A stretch of DNA of 64,000 nucleotides, from the NCBI RefSeq assembly GCF_964204645.1, contig NC_134026.1:10749950-10813949 (forward strand). Reading direction: 5' to 3'. Below the pieces are notes generated by a model that was not told the DNA's origin, did not search any database, and worked only from the letters and a program-made list of their open reading frames with translations. Source of the stretch: Tubulanus polymorphus. Taxonomy: Eukaryota > Animalia > Nemertea. This document shows positions 28,647-43,900 of this stretch, piece after piece (the first letter of the stretch is position 1; every line of letters begins with the position of its first letter). Both the position numbers and the translations under genes were made by a program.

Positions 28647-30190
28647 ATGGAAGCAAATAAGAAGTACTACTGTCCAACGTGTAAAATCAATATAGATAAA
28701 TCTCAAAAATCAAGACATAATAAAACTAAAACACATTTAGAAAATAAATTAAAGTTAGAATATAAAGATGTTATATTTGAAACTAAATTAGAAGAATTAA
28801 AGAATGAAAAAGAAATATATAAATGTGATACATGTAATCAATCATTCAGTGAAAAAAGATATCATAAAGAACATTTAAAGAACATTTAAAGTCTAAAAGT
28901 CATATTAGAAATATGAATAAATGAGTTAAATAATATAAAAGATAACGAGTAATTAAAGAGTTGAAGAAAATATCAATTTCAATTAAAAAATGACTAATAA
29001 ATGAATGAACAGATACTACAGTTTAAAGATATCGATTTAAATGAATTAGAAAAATATTTAACAGTTAAAAATTTCATTCCTATTAAAGATTTGATTAAAA
29101 CTGCACGTTTTCGTTTTCAAGTGAAAAATATCACTGAATGTTTAAAAATCATTATCTAATAATAGAGTTATCGAATGATAAAGATAAAATCTTATTCAAT
29201 ACAATAATTCCAAAATTCACAACATTTGAAGAAATAGATCAACATTTAATAATTACAGATGAAAAATGCAATCACTTATTAATAATGAAAATTCACATAA
29301 ATCTTTATTTTTACACTTACGTTATTGCCCTTTCAGAGAATGCTATGTAATGTTTTTCAGAGTAGAGGAAAAAAGATTTACCCCTGATATTCCAAATGAA
29401 AAATCATTCAAAGATGTTGGAATTCAATGTAACTTAGGCAATGAAATCGAAACACCTAAATATGAACCTAATGAAAGCGTTTTATGTAATTGTGGAAAAT
29501 ATTATACTCGAAGCAATAAATCACACCATCTTAAATCAAAATATCATAACTCAAAAATAATAATTCAACTCTAAATATTCAAAATAAGATATTTCAAATT
29601 ACTTTTAATCTTTTTCTCAAATAAATGGACGGTTTCAGCATTCCAACTGGGAAAAGTGATTTGAAACATTATCTTATAGCAGGAGGGTTAATATTGGCTG
29701 CGCTTTTCTTTTACTATGAAAATATTAGTAAAGATTTGATGAATGAAAATATAAAATTGAGTAAAAAGTTTAAGAAGTTAAATGGAAACAATCATTGAAA
29801 TAAAAAAGTTAATGATTTAAATGATTTGGAGGATTAAAACAGCATCTTTTAATTTAATTCATTTTATATATTTTAGCTATAAAAATGAGTGAAAGTAAGG
29901 TATTAAATTTATTACATCTAATATATAAAAATCAACAGAATATTAAATCAATTATCATGCTTACAGGTTTATTTTCTTTTTCAATTTATAGTATAAAACA
30001 GTTGTTAGAATTCTATGATTCTTATAAAATTAGATACGCTGAATTAAAAGAAAACATTGATTATTTATCAGATAGAATTAATAATATTAAATGCTGTGAA
30101 ATATGTAATAAAAGATATAAAAATTCAAAGAGTTTAAAAACTCATAGACATATTCATGAATTAGATGAGAAATTACATAATTCAAATTAA
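28647..30190 (+). pseudogene. Cluster of short AT-rich virus-like ORFs with C2H2-type zinc fingers (starts 28647, 29001, 29625, 29885), partly frameshifted
   Basis: CPTC...RHNKTKTH, CDTC...HL, CNCGKYYTRSNKSHHLKSKYH and CEICNKRY...H...H; intronless and co-oriented. Confidence 0.6.
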
Positions 30191-30228
30191 GTTTTTTAAT
30201 GATATTTTAATAAAAATATGTATGATAA

Positions 30229-30985
30229 ATGGAACAGCCGCAAACTATTGATATAAACAATAATACTGGGGTTATAAATATTTATCAGAAGAAATGTTGG
30301 AAGTGTAAAATAACTGAATAAATCATTATCAGAATATTATAATCATAAAACTCAGAAAGATGGTAAGCAAAGTTATTGTAAAACTTGTAGTAAACTATAT
30401 GTTAAACAATATTATAGAAATAATATTGAAACACGAAAAGATAAGATTAAGCAATATCAAGCAAATAATTCAGAAAAATATAAAGCACTGAAAAAACAAT
30501 GGATAGCTAATAATGGAGAACATTCTAATGAATATTATAATAATTATCAAAAAGAAAGGCGTCGAACAGATTTTAATTTTAAATTGAAACAATGTTTAAG
30601 AAAGGAGATTATCAAATTCATTCAGTAAAGATACACACTCAGAAACACTAACAAATTTATTGGATTGTTACGATAGATTTTTAAAATCATGGATTATATT
30701 TCAGTTCAATGATGATATGAATATTAATAATTATGGAAATTATTTTTAAATAGATCATGTGTTACCGGTATCTAAATTTAACATGAATGATGAATACAAC
30801 CAGAAATTGATATGGAATTGGAAGAATCTAAGGCCCCTCGAAAAGAAAGAAAATAAAATTTTAAATCTAACAAACTAGATTCACAATTATATTTGGATCA
30901 ATTAGATAATGCAAAGAAATTCATTGAATAATGGAACAGTGACCCAAATAATGAACAATACATTGAATCTTCATTAAGTGGTTGA
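30229..30985 (+). pseudogene. NCLDV-type HNH / endonuclease VII-like gene, disrupted
   Basis: Manual translation across frameshifts: KKCWKC..., KDG..SYCKTC, KERRRTDFNFKL, FLKSWI.FQF...M...NYG..F*IDHVLPVSKF...WNWKNLRPLEKKEN. Confidence 0.75.
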
Positions 30986-31626
30986 TAAATTATATAATTC
31001 AAATTAAGAATAAGACTGTTAAATTGGTTGTAATATTGTAGAAATAATATTTCATTAAAAATGGGGGGTTGAGGTATTAATGTATTAGATACGTATTAAA
31101 TACCTATTAATGTATTAAATACGTATTAATGGTATTAAATACATATTATGCTTTATTTCTGAAATTCAAGTCACAGAAGTAATTAATGTTTTAATTTATT
31201 CGTATATGATATCGTGATTTCTTTACTCGGAACTAGAATAATACAAGAGTGATATTATTTAGTTGATTTATTCAATTAGAGAAACAATAAAATAATACAA
31301 GATTGATACTAAGAGTTAAAGTTATTTAATTTCTAGTCAATAATCTAGTAAATTCTAGTCAGTCTATTGTTTAACAAGAATTCAAAAAGATTTAAATAAA
31401 AAAACAATAAGTTACTTTACCTAATACTAATTTATTTAACTTATTGTTTTTTTTATTTGAATCTTTTTGAATTCTTGTACTCGACGCTCGATCCCAGCAT
31501 GGTTCGTCATGTCCCCGGTCATCGTATCATGAGCAGATCCTATATCGCTCAATCAATCGATTAAAGCTGCAACGTGCACCACGCAGACAACGTCACAAGA
31601 AAGTTACATTGTAACTGTCTGAACAC

Positions 31627-32300
31627 TATGGTGGCTGATTCGGGCCATGTAAAAAAAATCACAAATGGTGCAAATTTTTTTTTACAGACGCCTAAAAGTC
31701 GTTTTATCGCGCAATAAAACGAGAAATTACCGTGTTAAAACAAGAAAAAGTCGTTTCATTGCGCAATAAAACGAGAAAAAGTCGTTTTATCGCGCGATAA
31801 AACGAACTTTTTCGTTTTATTGCCACGTTAAAACGAAAAATAGCGCGATAAAACGAAAAATTAACGCAATGAAATGATTTTTCATTCGTTTTACATCGTC
31901 ATAAAACGAAAGAACAAATTCCGCTTTCTCCATTTTTCGTTTTAACGTGGCAATAAAACGAAAAAGTCGTTTTATCGCACGATTAAACGATTTTTTCTCA
32001 TTTTATCTCGCAATAAAACGACTTTTTCTCGTTTTAACGCGGTAATTTTGGTTTTATCGCGCTATTTTTCGTTTTAACATGGCAATAAAACGAAAAGTTC
32101 GTTTTATCGCGCGACAAAACGACTTTTTCTCGTTTTATTGCGCAATAAAACGACTTTTTCTTGTTTTAACGCGGTAATTTCTCGTTTTAACGTGGTAATT
32201 TTCGTTTTATCGCGCAATAAAACGACTTTTAAGCGTCCGCAAAAAAAAATTTGTAACGTTTGTGATTTTTTTTATTACATGGCCCGAATCAGCCACCATA
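31627..32300. mobile_element. TATGG-ended non-autonomous element (IS3EU-like)
   Basis: TIR TATGGTGGCTGATTCGGGCCATGT, TSD GAACAC/GAACAT, palindromic repeat-rich body. Confidence 0.85.
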
Positions 32301-33608
32301 GAACATTAACACTGACAATATTGTAGCGTATTTTCTATCTGCTGCCGGCATTTCGGGCACGCGATGTATTTTGAATGGTATCAGAAGATTTGGCTTCTAA
32401 AATTGATACGACTTACGTGAAAATACGAGATTTATGAAGTATGACTGAAAATAAAACATATGCAAACTCGAAGGGATCTGGCTGATTCGTGCCATGTAAA
32501 AATCACAAATGGTGCAAAATTTTTTTTACAGACGCCTAAAAGTCGTTTTATCACGCAATAAAACGAAAATTACCGCGTTAAAACAAGAAAAAGTCGATTA
32601 TCGCGCGATAAAACGACTTTTTCTTGTTTTAACGCGGTAATTTTCGTTTTATCGCGCTATTTTTCGTTTTAACGTGGCAATAAAACAAAAAAGTTCGTTT
32701 TATCGCACGATAAAATATGGCGGCTGATAAGGGCCATCGTAAAAAAAACACGAATATGCAAATGAGGGCGACATTACGACAAAACGACAAAACTAGAATA
32801 ACGCGACAAAACAATAATTTTGGTTTTGTCGCCCGCGACATTTCATTATTTTTGTTTTGTCACCCGCGACAAAACAATAATTTTGGTTTTGTCGCCCGCG
32901 ACATTTCATTATTTTTGTTTTGTCACCCGCGACAATTCAATATTTTTTGTTTTGTCGCCCGCGACAATACATTATTTTTGTTTTGTCGCCCGCGACAATT
33001 CAATATTTTGGTTTTGTCGCTCGCGACAATTCAATATTTTTATTTTGTCGCCCGCGACATTTCATTATTTTTGTTTTGTCGCCCGCGACAATTCAATATT
33101 TTTGTTTTGTCGCCCGCGACAATTCAATATTTTTGTTTTGTCGCCCGCGACAATTCAATATTTTTGTTTTGTCGCCCGCGACAATTCAATATTTTTGTTT
33201 TGTCGCCCGCGACAATTCAATATTTTTGTTTTGTCGCCCGCGACGATTCAATATTTTGGTTTTGTCGCCCGCGACGATTCAATATTTTTGTTTTGTCGCC
33301 CGCGACAATACATTATCTTGGTTTTGTCGCCCGCGACGATTCAATATTTTTGTTTTGTCGCCCGCGACAATTCATTATTTTTGGTTTTGTCGCCCACTTT
33401 ATTAGCTTTTGAATAATTAGGCCAATTAATAACGTAATAATTCGCCTATTTTGAAGTTGATTAATCTGATATTGTGTCGATTATTAAGGTCATTTTGGCA
33501 GATTCTTTTTTCTTAATAAAGTGATATTAAAGCGATCATTCAAGTGATCCTACTTAATGAAAGATCACATATCATTTCTTTTTCTAAAGATGTACGGAAG
33601 CTTATATG

Positions 33609-34024
33609 TACGGAAGCGATAAAGGGCCTCGAGATGTCGCGTTCAAACTTGACAAGTCGCCATATTTATGTCGATATATCGCGATATATCGCGTCCAGTC
33701 GACATGAATATGTCGACATATCGTGACGTTTTCACGACAAATTTCGCTTTTTCGTCCATTTTCCTCGGGACAAGCCATCATTTGAAGACATGTCTAAATG
33801 TAAGATGAGGACACCAGTGATATGACGACTGAGTTTCAAGTCGTCATGAATATGTCGACTTGTCGCGAGGAAAGTGGTCGAGAGAACGAAATATATCGTC
33901 AAAACGTCACGATATATCGACATATACATGTCGACTTGACGCGATATATCGCGATATGTCGACATAAATATGACGACTTGTCGAGTTGGAACGCGACATC
34001 TCGAGGCCCCTTATCGCTTCCGTA
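33609..34024. mobile_element. TACGG-ended element copy A
   Basis: TIR TACGGAAGCGATAA(A/G)GGGCC; TSD TATATG. Confidence 0.88.
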
Positions 34025-34164
34025 TATATGGGACCCGTACAAAACCGTCGCGACCTTTTATCACGACGAAATTATGTCGAAAAAACGTGATATATCGCGA
34101 TTTATCGACATTACTAAGTCGGTATATCGTGTTAATATCAAGTCGTAAAATCGTTATACGGATC

Positions 34165-34579
34165 TACGGAAGCGATAAGGGGCCTCGAGATGTCGCGTTC
34201 CAACTCAACAAGTCACCATATTTATGTCGATATATCGCAATATATCGCGTCAAGTCGACATGAATATGTCGACATATCGTGACGTTTTCACGACAAATTT
34301 CGCTTTTTCGCCCATTTTCCACGGGACAAGCCGTTATTTGAAGACACGTCAAATGTAAGATAAGGACACCAGTGATATGACGACTGAGTTTCAAGTCGTC
34401 ATGAATTTGTCGATTTGTCGCAAAGAAAGTGGTCGAGAAAACGAAATATGTCGTCAGAACGTCACGATATGTCGACATATTCATGTCGACTTGACGCGAT
34501 ATATCGTGGTAAGTCGACATAAATATGGCGACTTGTCGAGTTGGAATGCGACATCTCGAGGCCCTTTATCGCTTCCGTA
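34165..34579. mobile_element. TACGG-ended element copy B
   Basis: Same family as copy A; independent TSD CGGATC. Confidence 0.88.
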
Positions 34580-35047
34580 CGGATCACTCCTTTCACCAAT
34601 GTCGACGCGTGTATCTCAACATAACCGTACCGTCGACATAATTTTCACTACTTTAGCTAAAATGTCGTGATACGTATGGCAATTTATTGAGACAATATCG
34701 CAAAAAGTCGACATAAAAATCACCTCATTTTAAATAAGGTCTACCTAGTTACATCGATATATTGAGATAGTTAACCTAATTTCAATAAGGGGACGCATAC
34801 TCAATGATGTTTAATGTTAGATGAATATGAAAGAAGAAATAAGGTTGGCAGAAAACTTAAAATGACTTTATCATGACCAGAATCTGGTGGACATATGGAA
34901 TGTTGGGGTTCAAGTAGAATGACCCCAAATGCTGGGGCACAATAATAGTATTCGCTGATTTGCGGCATGCGACAAAACCAAAATATTGAATTGTTGCGGG
35001 CGACAAAACGAAAATAATGAATTGTCGCGGGCGACAAAACCAAAATA

Positions 35048-36257
<1,210 letters not shown>

Positions 36258-36549
36258 GTATTGTCGCGGGCGACAAAACCAAAATAATGAAATGTCGCGG
36301 GTGACAAAACCAAAATTATTGTTTTGTCGCGTTATTTTAGTTTTGTCGTTTTGTCGTAATGTCGCCCTCATTTGCATATTCTTGTTTTTTTTAAGCATGG
36401 CCCTTATCAGCCACCATAATAAAACGATCACAAAAAAGTCTCGTAAAACGAAACACTTGCGGTCAATCGAAATCCAAGCTGGATCTGATTTTTTGAGAGT
36501 TGAATTGGCTGAAGATGGCAGCACTAGCTGGGTACTTTGCGCGAAGTAA

Positions 36550-37720
36550 ATCCCGGATAAAAACGATTTCGAAATTTATGTTTGGTGATCAAGAGTTAGA
36601 GGTAGTTGAAGATTATGTTTATCTCGGAGTAAAATTTAATTGGAATGGTAACTTTGCTAAGGCAAAAAAGTTTTACGATAAAGCCATGAGAGCTATGTTT
36701 TCGATCGTTCAAAAAGGCAGACGTTTTAAATTGCCCATAGATGTTATGTTTAAATTATTTGATACGTCATCCTCGCTTGCCAGGGGTCCGGTATCACTCC
36801 CGAACTCGCTTCCACCAGCCCCCTGGCCTCACGAAGCGTGATTTCATTACTGGCGCTGTTGCGCATGACGTCATATATCGATTTGCGAAATACTTCCTTG
36901 TTCAGTAAAACGTTCGCTGATTGGTCCATTTAACGGGAAAACCAATAGAAGCCTAACGTCATTTGTTACAAGCGCTGTGATTGGTAACCGGATTCTGGTC
37001 GGCTAGTAAGGACTCCAACGACTCGTGAGGTCAAGGGGTTCGGCGAACAGCTTTAGCGTAGTGGGTTCGAATCCCTTGACGGGTGAAGATGTGATACGTG
37101 TGTTGCTCCAATAGCCATGTATGGGTATGAGATCTGGGGATACGAAAATCTTGATTTATTAGAAAATGTTCATTGCTTCTTCTGTAAAATCTTAATGAAA
37201 GTGACGAAATATTCTCGCAACTTACAAGTTTTATCAGAGCTAGGACGTTACCCTTTGAATATAGATGTTAGACGCAGGATGATTAACTTTTGGGTTAAAA
37301 CAGTATCTGGAAAGCAAACCAAACTTAATTCAATACTTTATAAAATATCTTTCAATTTATTTTTAAGGGATAAATTTAAGAGCCCTTGGTTATCATATAT
37401 AAAGAAAACCGTCTTTGATGACTGTGGTTTGTCCTGCATTTGGACGCAGCAATTCATGACTAATAGTAAATCTTTTTCAAAACGAATAAAACAGATACTC
37501 CGTGACCAGCACCTTCAAGAAACTGTATCTGCCATAAATACTAGTCCGATATACACTAACTTTAGGCAATATAAAAATGATATTAGGTTAGAGAAGTATA
37601 TAATAGAACTTGGTGTAACTTAGGAACTAGTTTATTTGAATTTAGGGTCGGGTCCTATATTTTACCTGTGAACAAATTTTCAAACCTTCATATAGACAGA
37701 GCCGATAGAATAGTGTTGTT
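36550..37720 (+). mobile_element. LINE 3' fragment (RT C-terminus; RTEX/CR1-like) split by a MITE
   Basis: YVYLGVKF...KLFDT | CVAPIAMYGYEIWG...ELGRYPL; the frame resumes after the 36768-37091 insertion. Confidence 0.8.
36768..37091. mobile_element. ~325-bp element with CATC...GATG ends (copy 2)
   Basis: 8-bp TSD TGATACGT; homologous to 5592-5917. Confidence 0.85.
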
Positions 37721-37959
37721 TTGTAAATATTTGTATATACATGTGTAATAGTTTTCCTCCATATACCATGGAAATGGTTGGAGTGTAAATAAATCGTAAT
37801 CGTAATCGTAATCGTACATGTACGTTATTATCCCTATGGAGTGAATGAAATAAAATTCCGAATTGAACAACTGGCCGGTCCCACGACCGAAGCCGATACC
37901 CAAAGATTAGGATTTAACGGGTTTTGCAGAATGGCATTGAATGTTCTCCACAACGTAAG

Positions 37960-40900
37960 ATGGCGAGCGAAGTCGCTTTACAAACTCTGCAAAAACAACT
38001 CTCCCGAGTCTCTAGAATTAATTTGCCGGGTAATGTCTATGACAAACGACCCAGTTATTTTCTTTCTTATACGAGAGCAGTGGGTAAAAATGTTAGATGT
38101 GCCAATCTGAAGCCAGTGAAAAAAATAGAAGTTTTATTCGACCCGTATCATCAGCTATGTCGCTCGGCCAGGTGAGTGTCTTCGACACCGCAAAAAAACC
38201 ACCGCCGGTGTGGTACTCGTGCAAAATCTGTAGATCTCCGATGTCTCCGTTTCTCTTCACCAAGAACCTTTAAGACACGAATGACATTTTCTCGATACCT
38301 TTAAATCACTGACTTATGCACCAGTCAATAATGAAATCCCCGCCTGGGGGTCGGGAAACGAAAATTGGCGCAAATTAAGGATCGCTCAATTGGGTCTTTT
38401 TCCCCGCTACCGGTAACGTTATTTTTATCCCTGTTGTAGCGCTATGGATCGCCTACACACACAGGGATTCCTGCGTTAAGTATGCGGGGAATTGTGCGCC
38501 ACAGATCCCTGTGGATGTGGTATACGGGGAATACTTTTACTGAATAAAATCAAACTACAAAGCTAGGTATGTTCATGTCCGCGCGGGGCGCCACTATCGA
38601 TTGTGACGACCATTATTGATTAGGAAAAGTGTGATGCGCGTTTTTACTACGCGTTTTGACATCGCGTAGTAAAATCATTCATAAAACCTGTCTATCAATG
38701 CAAATAAGCTAAAATCTTTTGGAATCAACCAATAAGATCGATCTTTATCACTTGGGGGTTGGTTTAGTGTATAAATCCGCATTTTAGTCGAAGAAAATAG
38801 AAATCGAAATATACCCTTTTTCAAGAGCAAAATTCGTCAGCTTAGGACCAGGAATAAGCGACTAATCATCAGGGGCCGGTTCCATTGTCGAGACTTAAGT
38901 CCAAAAAGTGGTCTTAAATCTTAAGTCTGGTCTTATTTTCTTAAGACCGAACGTTTTCTGTTCCAGAGAGAAGACTTAAGCTTAAGCCACAGTCTTAAGT
39001 CTGATATTTTTAAGTCTGTCCATTAGTGGACTTGAATATTTAAGACCGGTCTTAACATCTAAGGAAAAATACAAAATGGCGCGTTTACTTTTGGGTATAA
39101 TTTTGCCAGCTCGAAAAGAAAGAGAAATTCGTCGGTTAGGTAACCCATTAGAGGTTTTTACCGCTGATGAGTTGAAAGAACGGTTTCGATTCAGGCCAGA
39201 GGGCATCGATTTTCTTGTGAGAACATTCGGAGACGCGTTGACGCCTATGCAGGATAACGAAAGAGGGAAACCAATCTCAGTAGTTTGGCAGATTTTAATC
39301 GCGCTTCGGTTTTATGCCACAGGGCATTTTCTGCAAGTAATTGGGGATACTTTTGGTATAGCGAAGAGTTCCGTTTCACGCATAATAACTCGAGTAACAA
39401 ATGCAATCTTTGACCAAATACCAAGATTTGTAAGATGGCCAACCGACGAAAATACAAAGCGCGAGATAATGCAAGGATTCTATGACATAGCCCATTTTCC
39501 ATCAGTTATTGGGTGCATCGACTGTACACACATCCGAATACAAAGACCACATCATCACAAAAATGACTACGTAAACCGCAAGCGGTATCATTCATTGAAT
39601 ATTCAAGCTGTTTGTGACAACAAAGGTAAACCCTCACCAAATTATTGGCATATTCATATTTTCGTCAATCCGAAGTTGATCAAAGAAATATTGGTTCATA
39701 GAAAATTGATATTTTCTAGGTCGTTTTACTAATGTAGTAGCGCGCTGGCCAGGAGCCACTCACGATAGCCATATCCTGCGAACTTCACAAATCGTGAGGT
39801 AAGTTTCACATTTTCAAGAATTGTAATGTAGAATTGTGAGGTGATTTGACTAAATATCCTACGTATAATAGGTATTTTGAGGGAAATCCTGCAATCGGAG
39901 GATTGAGAAATGGACTGGTTTTGGGAGATAGCGGCTATCCATTAAAACCGTACTTGATGACCCCATTTCATCAGCCCGGAGACAGGTCCGAAGAAAGTTA
40001 TAATAGGGCTCATAAGATGACTCGTAGCCTCATTGAAAGAACATTCGGAGTGTTGAAGCGTCGTTTCCACTGTCTTCATGGCGAAATTCGTATGGAGCCA
40101 GAAAAAGTTTGTAAGATATTTTCGGCGTGCGCGGTTTTGCATAATATAGCGATCAACTTGAATGAACCTTTAGATTTTGATGAAAACTTTGAAGTCGATT
40201 TGCCAGAACAAGAGGCTGTTCGTGAAGTACTTGGAAATCGCGGGCAAGAAACAAGAAATCACATTGTTCAAGAATATTTTTTGTAAATATTTAACCTCAA
40301 ATATATTTTTTTTGAGAATATTTATAACATGTATCGTATGGTAATATAAATTCAAAGAGTTAAACATAAAATAAATCATAACAATAACAATATGTTAATT
40401 GGCATTTGATTAAATTTAAATTTCTTGTTTTTTCAGTAGATTTAATTCAATTTTAATTTTTTCTATTTCGAGGTCAGTCTTCATCATCTTTCTTTTCACA
40501 TACTCCATCTGAAGCTCGATGAGATCTGCCTGTGTCGCCGTTCTCTTTTTCTTGTTGCCTATAATCAAATAGAATATTAAACTAAGCGTTCTATTCTAGT
40601 TCTTCAAAATTTCATTCATTTAAAAAATATCTACCATCAGCCTTAGATGAACTAGCTTGCTCTGTTTCTGCTGCCTGTAGTAGGCCTACTCCTGAAAAAC
40701 ACGTATATAATATCAAGATACCCAGTCGGGTTGCAGATGGAATACAGTATACCGGTATGTAACGTTTCCAATACTTACCTCCTTCAATCATGACATGCGG
40801 GCCATCTCCCATAGCTGTTTCAATCAGCGTTACATTTTTATTTGCTTGGTCATCTCCTTTAACGGTAAGAATATACTATTTATTCATGAAAGATTGAATA

Positions 40901-43900
40901 ATTTCATACGAGAATACCAATAGAGCTAAAAATAACTCGAAATACAATTTGTTTTATGTAGCGTACTAGTACTACTTGTCTATTTTTCAAACAAAAAATA
41001 CACTGGAATCATTTAAGCACTGTAAAAGAACTATATGTAAGCTTTACCTAGATTATTTGTCGTAATTGTGGGCAGAGGTATTGCATTGGGAGCTTCAATA
41101 TTTCGGATTTGCTCCGCTCCATCGTCTAAAATTAGAAACAATATGAATTTACGGGATTCGAACTATGCGTCAATTTAGCTTAGAATGGGAATATACTTCA
41201 TGGGAAAGAGCTGTCGCCTGACACTACGGTTTACGACGATGAGTTTATTAAATCATGTTTAATACTCGATTGCTATGGATTTAGCCGGGGATACAGTTCA
41301 GTCATGCAATGCTAGATTGGAATATAGTTAGATATATATGTGGATAAGTCTTCCAATAGCTGTCAAGGTAGGAATCTTCCTATAAAGTCAATTAGTTTGG
41401 GATTCGATTCAAATGTTGCCAGTTAGCAGGTGCGCGCCAGTTAGCAGGTGCGTGATCAGATGACGTACTAGGTCAGGGTCACCTTTGTTTACACACAGAC
41501 GAAAATGAGTTAGGGCAGGCTAGACTGATTCTGATAAAACAAACAAACTATGAGCTCTAGACAACTAACAAACACCCCACACCCTCACCATTCTTAAACA
41601 AATGGTGAATCGTGAATGATTTAAATCCAAAAAGATAGAAACAATAAACTTACTTTGTAGAATGAACGTTTCGACGCCGTCGATCCCGCACCACGTTGGA
41701 TTGTCACACCACAATTCGATCACGTTCTGAGTTGCCTGGTCCAACTCAGAGGGTGGAGGTCCTCCACCGGTTTTGGAAATCAAATTGTTTTGTTTAACGA
41801 ATTTCTTTTTCGCCTCCCCTTTGATATTCTTCCACTTTTTCTTGATTTCATCGACCGTTCTTCGCGCTACGCCGATCGCGTTCACTTTCGAGCAGATTTC
41901 TTCCCAAATTTCGCGTTTTCGTTTAGCGGTTATAGTATTGCTAAATGCACCCGATAAAATTGCGTTATTGTCATTAACTAATTTAACTAAAAGATTAGTT
42001 TCATCCGTCGTATAATTGAAAGATCTCTTCCGCGCGATACTGTCATTTAAAATCTCCGCCATTTTGGATTCAGTCTTAAGTCCTTAAAAAAGGGCTTAAG
42101 ACTGTCTTGACTAAGACCAACACTAAGACCACTCTTTGGAACGCAAAATTAAGACCAACTTAGCAAAGTCGGTCTTAGAGGATTTAAGACAAAAAATGAC
42201 TTAAGACTAGACTTATTTTAAGTCTCGACTATGGAACCGGGCCCAGGAATCGGAAGGTTTAGGATCTTAAAATTCAAATACTGAAGACCGCGTGATTTTA
42301 TTTCGTGTCGGGGCTTAGCGATCGCTGCCGGAAAAGTCGATGTCTAAGTTTTGTGTTGAAGCGAGCGATACAGAATGGCGGCCGGCACTTGTTATTGAAT
42401 GACGACGCGCCGCGCTGCTCGTGATGAGATCAATATTCAACAATTATTCATCGGTCTAGCGGTGAATTATTGTATTTATTTTCCGATTCATAATTATCAC
42501 TATATTTCTGAATATTAGGACAGATTTAGCGAAATGATCGGCAAAAAAAACATTTTTTTGAGCGCGGATCGCCACTACGCTCCCGTCGGTAAAGCGGCTG
42601 TTGAAAGAGGGAGGCGTCTAATGGGATGAATTGAGGGTTGTGACGGGCAAAAATAGAGGCGCGTGATGGGACAATGAGGCTCCCGAGGGGATTTTCCAAA
42701 AGCAGCAAAATTGAAATATATATAAAATATTGTGGAAATTTAGCTCAAAACAAAACAAATGGATTATTATTTGGTTATTATTAGTAGTATTATTACTATT
42801 GCTTGGTTTATGTTTCTAAACTGATTGATTTTATTATGATATCATGGATATATTTCAAATTTCAGCGTTTTGAGCTAGGCCAAGCCTGATTTTGTGCTTT
42901 TCTTAACTAAAATTCATTTAGCAAATAATATATAAAATTGGCATATTAAATCAATTTGCAATAGGAGCCTATGGCTATAGACCTAACTGACAGGCCTTGA
43001 TAATCATGTTTATTCATTTCAAAAATTATGTAGTGAAAAAAAGAATTTCAGCTGAAATCATATCAATATTTCTCAATATTTCACATTTTTTCTTGCCGTT
43101 ACCATGGAAACCTAATAATAATAATCTATATAATAATAGATATTCCTAGATAAACTTAGGGCAAACATAAACTATTGATAACTAGTTATTCTATCCCCTT
43201 TCTACATCATAACTTTTGATCTAACATCGATATTTTCATTATTTTACCATTTTTCGGCTGGTTTCCATGGAAACCATAGGCATTTGGAATCAGATAAAAA
43301 TTTTGGGTCTTTCAACTGTCACCTGAAAGTACTATGAGTGTATTGCTCTTTAAATTTCTAGTCTATCTCTTTTAGTTTAAGAGATATTGAAGTTTGTTTA
43401 CATTAAATATTGCCTTCTTAGATCACAGTTTTTGTGTATTGAAACATGAAGACACTTTTCGCTCAAATTTTCAAACTTCAATTTGCAATATCTCGAAAAC
43501 TACTGAAGATAATTCAAAAATTTAAAAAGCATATTGTTATTTGAGCCCTCCTCATTCCAATAAGCTTTCTTTCATTAAGATTGGAGCTATTTGAATTTTT
43601 TATGGATATAGCTAACAAAGCTTTTGCAAGTATTTGGCCTAGTTTTCTCCATTAAGATTTTATATATAACAGTGCTTCATCTAGCATTAAAAAAGGGCAG
43701 GGTGCTGATTTCTAATAAGGGCATTTTTACGCGTGATTCCATTGGAGCAAGGGCACAGAATAACGCACTCACGTCCGTTTTAGGGGCAACCTGCAATGTT
43801 CCCTATTGCGTAGAATCGAGGTACCCCCTACTACAATTGAGGACTAGAAACTATGTTTCACTCTTGCCATGAGTGACACACTTGACCACAGTACATCCTT

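Larger units (their letters stand above)
38873..42243 (+). mobile_element. Autonomous PIF/Harbinger DNA transposon
   Basis: TIRs GG(G/C)CCGGTTCCAT(T/A)GTCGAGACTTAA, CAG TSD on both sides, many subterminal CTTAAG(AC) motifs, convergent transposase and Myb/SANT genes. Confidence 0.95.

Noticed and set aside
32800-33400. CRISPR-like regular repeat array
   Set aside because: Units are contiguous with no unique spacers; eukaryotic context and no cas genes.
32717-33416. Three long overlapping ORFs
   Set aside because: Artefacts of a stop-free ~31-bp tandem repeat inside a TIR element.
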